NCBI GenBank assembly: GCA_963514005.1 | Contig: OY740782.1 | Span: 28,148,001-28,212,000 of the forward strand | Source: Raja brachyura | Lineage: Eukaryota | Length of the DNA stretch: 64,000 nt | Direction of reading: 5' to 3' | Shown: one piece after another, positions 61,286 to 64,000 of the stretch | Layout: every line of letters starts with the position of its first letter | Position numbering within the stretch: position 1 is the first letter of the stretch | The notes under the pieces: generated by a model | Told to the model about the DNA's origin: nothing | What the model saw: the letters and a program-made list of their open reading frames with translations, nothing else | Databases searched by the model: none | Position numbers and translations under genes: made by a program

Positions 61286-62027
61286 TTAACTTATCAACTT
61301 CCCCACCTCTGAACTTAAGATTGAAAGTATTAGATGATGAAAATGATGCAATTCTAACAAACTTGACCTGTTTTTATGGATGTTAAAAAACACTTTCCTA
61401 CACGTAAAGGTTAATACTTTTTTATAAACATTAATTGATATTTGGCCTATAATCAAGTTTAAGCCGTGTTGGATCAAGGCAAGTTCACAAAGTATTGTTT
61501 AAATCGGTCACAACTTAATGAATGGCGGAATGGGTTTGAAGCATTAAAATGCCCTTTCCCTGTTCCTACAATTTTCAAGAAAAATATTACTGCTATTCTG
61601 CCCACAATTGTATTCAGATAGAACCCTAGTATGATCTGTTCTATGTTGTTTTAACATACAAAGAATAAATGATGCCAATCTATATTACTAAAAGTCTGAT
61701 CTTGACCGCTTTTGGCCCACTGCGATTTCTGAGAGAACACCGCCACCTACGGCCGTCATTTTTGGCCACCTCGCTCAGAGACCCCCTCTATCTTCCTGGA
61801 CCAGGGGATTTTTCCCTTTGATGAAAAATGAGAGAGATATTAATGTTTATTTAAAAATGCCCATTCTCTTGTTGAACTGCCCCCGCTAGCGGCAGGGGGA
61901 GGGACTATAAAACCCGGAAGTGTTGTACCTCACTCAATCTCTGCCAGAGCCAGGAAGCGAGAGGGTCAAGGCTCTCTGAGCTACGAATAACACTGAACGC
62001 ACGTCTACTCCATGGTGAGTCCCCTCG

Positions 62028-63830
62028 ATGTGGCTGCTGCAAAATTGTTTGCCTCGCCTTTATTTTTTTTAAGTTTGTGTTCACAAAATGAATTTTGGTT
62101 GTCAGGTGGCTACTGCCCAATTGTTTGCCTCATCTTTTTAAAAAGTTTATGTTCACAAAATGTATTTTGGTTGTCAGGTGGCTGCAGCCCAATTGTTTGC
62201 CCCGCCTTTTTAAAAAGTTTGTGTTCACAAAATGAATTTTGGTTGTCAGGTGGCTGCAGCCCAATTGTTTCCCTCGCCTTTTTAAAGAGTTTGTGTTCAC
62301 AAAATGGATTTTGGTCGTCAGGTGGCTGCAGCCCAATTGTTTGCCTCGCCTTTTTTTAAAAAGATTGTGTTCACAAAATGGTTTTGGTTGTCAGGTGGCT
62401 GCAGCCCAATTGTTTGCCTCACGTTTTTAAAGAGTTTGTGTTCACAAAATGAATTTTGGTTGTCAGGTGGCTGCAGCCCAATTGGTTGCCTCGCCTTTTT
62501 AAAGAGATTGTGTTCACAAAATGAATTTTGGTTGTCAGGTGGCTGCAGCTCAATTGTATCCCTCGCCTTTTTAAAGAGTTTGTGTTCACAAAACGAATTC
62601 TGGTTGTCAGGTGGCTGCAGCCCAATTGTTTGCCTTGCCTTTTTAAAGAGTTTGTGTTCACAAAGTGGATTTTGGTTGTCAGGTGGCTGCAGCCCAATTG
62701 TTTCCCTCGCCTTTTTAAAGAGTTTGTGTTCACAAAGTGGATTTTGGTTGTCAGGTGGCTGCAGCCCAATTGTTTGCCTCGCCTTTGTTTAAAAGATTGT
62801 GTTCACAAAATGGTTTGGTTGTCAGGTGGCTGCAGCCCAATTGTTTGCCTCATCTTTTTAAGGAGTTTGTGTTCACTAATTAAATCTGGGTTGTTAGGTG
62901 GCTGCAGCCAAATTGTTTTCCCTGCCTTTTCAAAAACATGAGGGTAGACTATTATCTGCATGGTGGCAGATTAGGAAAAGGGGAGATGCAACGAGACCTG
63001 GGTGTCATGGTACACCAGTCATTGAAAGTAGGCATGCAGGTGCAGCAGGCAGTGAAGAAAGCAAATGGTATGTTAGCATTCCTAGCGAAAGGATTTGAGT
63101 ATAGGTGCAGGGAGGTTCTACTGCAGTTGTACACGGTTTTGGTGAGGCCACACCTGGAGTATTGCGTACAGTTTTGGTCTCCAAATCTGAGGAAAGACAT
63201 CCTTGCCATAGTGGGGGTACAGAGAAGATTCACCAGACTGATTCCTGGGATGTCTGGACTTTCATATGAGGAAAGATTGGATAGACTCGGCTTGTACTCG
63301 CTGGAATTTAGAAGATTGAGGGGGGAATCTTATAGAAACTTACAAAATTCTTAAGGGGTTGGACAAGCTTGATGCTGGAAGATTGTTCCCGATGTTGGGG
63401 GAGTCCAGAACAAGGGTTCACAGTCTAAGGATAAGGGGGAATTCCTTTAGGACCGAGATGAGGAAAACATTCTTTACACAGAGAGTGGTGAGTCTCTGGA
63501 ATTGTCTGCCACAGAAGGTAGTTGAGGCCAGTTCATTTGTTAGATGTGGCACTTGTGGCTAAAGGGATCAGGGTGTATGGAGGGAAGGCAGGTACGGGAT
63601 ACTGAGTTGGATGATCAGCCATGATCACATTGAATGGCGGTGCAGGCTCGAAGGGCCGAATGGCCTACTCCTGCACCTATTTTTCTATGTTTCTATGTTT
63701 GTGTTCACAAAATGGATTTTGGTTGTCAGGTGGCTGCAGCCAAATTGTTTGCCTTGCCTTTTTAAAAAGTTTGTGTTCACAAAATGGATTTTGGTTGTCA
63801 GGTGGCTGCAGCCAAATTGTTTGCCTTGGC
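62028..63830. repeat. 72-bp tandem repeat (about 13 copies, plus about 2 more after the HER1 insertion)
   Basis: Unit AAGAGTTTGTGTTCACAAAATGAATTTTGGTTGTCAGGTGGCTGCAGCCCAATTGTTTGCCTCGCCTTTTTA; 24-aa periodic ORFs. Confidence 0.93.
62938..63698 (+). mobile_element. HER1/CR1 LINE, 5'-truncated, inserted in the satellite
   Basis: DYYLHGGRLGKGEMQRDLGVMVHQSLKVG..RPHLEYCVQFWSP; (TTTCTATG)n tail. Confidence 0.93.
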
Positions 63831-64000
63831 TTGGCTTTTAAAATCATTGCAACAGTTGGCTGCCAGCTCAAGAATCCATTCAGCCCATAATGTCTATACT
63901 AGCCCTCTGCAAACCAGTACCTTCGGCCCACAACACCCATACTAGCGCAACAGAAAGCCCCCCCCCCCCACCCACTGGCGAGCAATATTGGAACTGGTGG

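Larger units (their letters stand above)
61679..64000 (+). mobile_element. Non-autonomous Helitron (runs off window) with 72-bp satellite and HER1 insertion
   Basis: A|TCTATATTACTAAAAGTCTGATCTTG start; 63840-64000 is homologous to the pre-terminal block of the Helitron at 2630-2780. Confidence 0.78.

Noticed and set aside
62012-62941. Cys/Trp-periodic ORFs and a possible CRISPR-like array
   Set aside because: This is a head-to-tail 72-bp satellite with no unique spacers and no cas genes, in a eukaryotic context.

Overview
Eukaryotic (vertebrate) DNA, almost certainly a cartilaginous fish such as a skate or ray. This is inferred from the many HER1-type CR1 LINE 3' ends with (TTTCTATG)n tails and HE1-like tRNA-derived SINEs. 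I found no host protein-coding exon I can support. The window looks like a gene desert or large intron filled with nested, mostly decayed transposons, with one 311-nt N gap. Best-resolved elements: (1) a DIRS-type tyrosine-recombinase retrotransposon at 20761-25252, with ITRs, an ICR and an ATT crossover core; (2) a Gypsy (Mag/K02A2.6-like) provirus at 55078-59862, with a CCCAT TSD and three nested insertions; (3) at least five Helitrons, four with their own internal tandem repeat and one with a Pif1-helicase remnant; (4) four Harbinger-type MITEs; (5) L2, CR1, Rex/Babar-like, L1 and hAT fragments; (6) many Penelope pLTR-derived repeats carrying a minimal hammerhead-ribozyme-like core. Several repeat-free stretches may be conserved enhancers. 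I cannot support a wholly new biological system. The most interesting signals are the hammerhead-bearing Penelope repeats, the DIRS junction, the Helitron minisatellites, a tandemly amplified PPT/LTR junction and a GC-rich non-autonomous retroposon family. Coordinates were read by eye, and many element ends are approximate.
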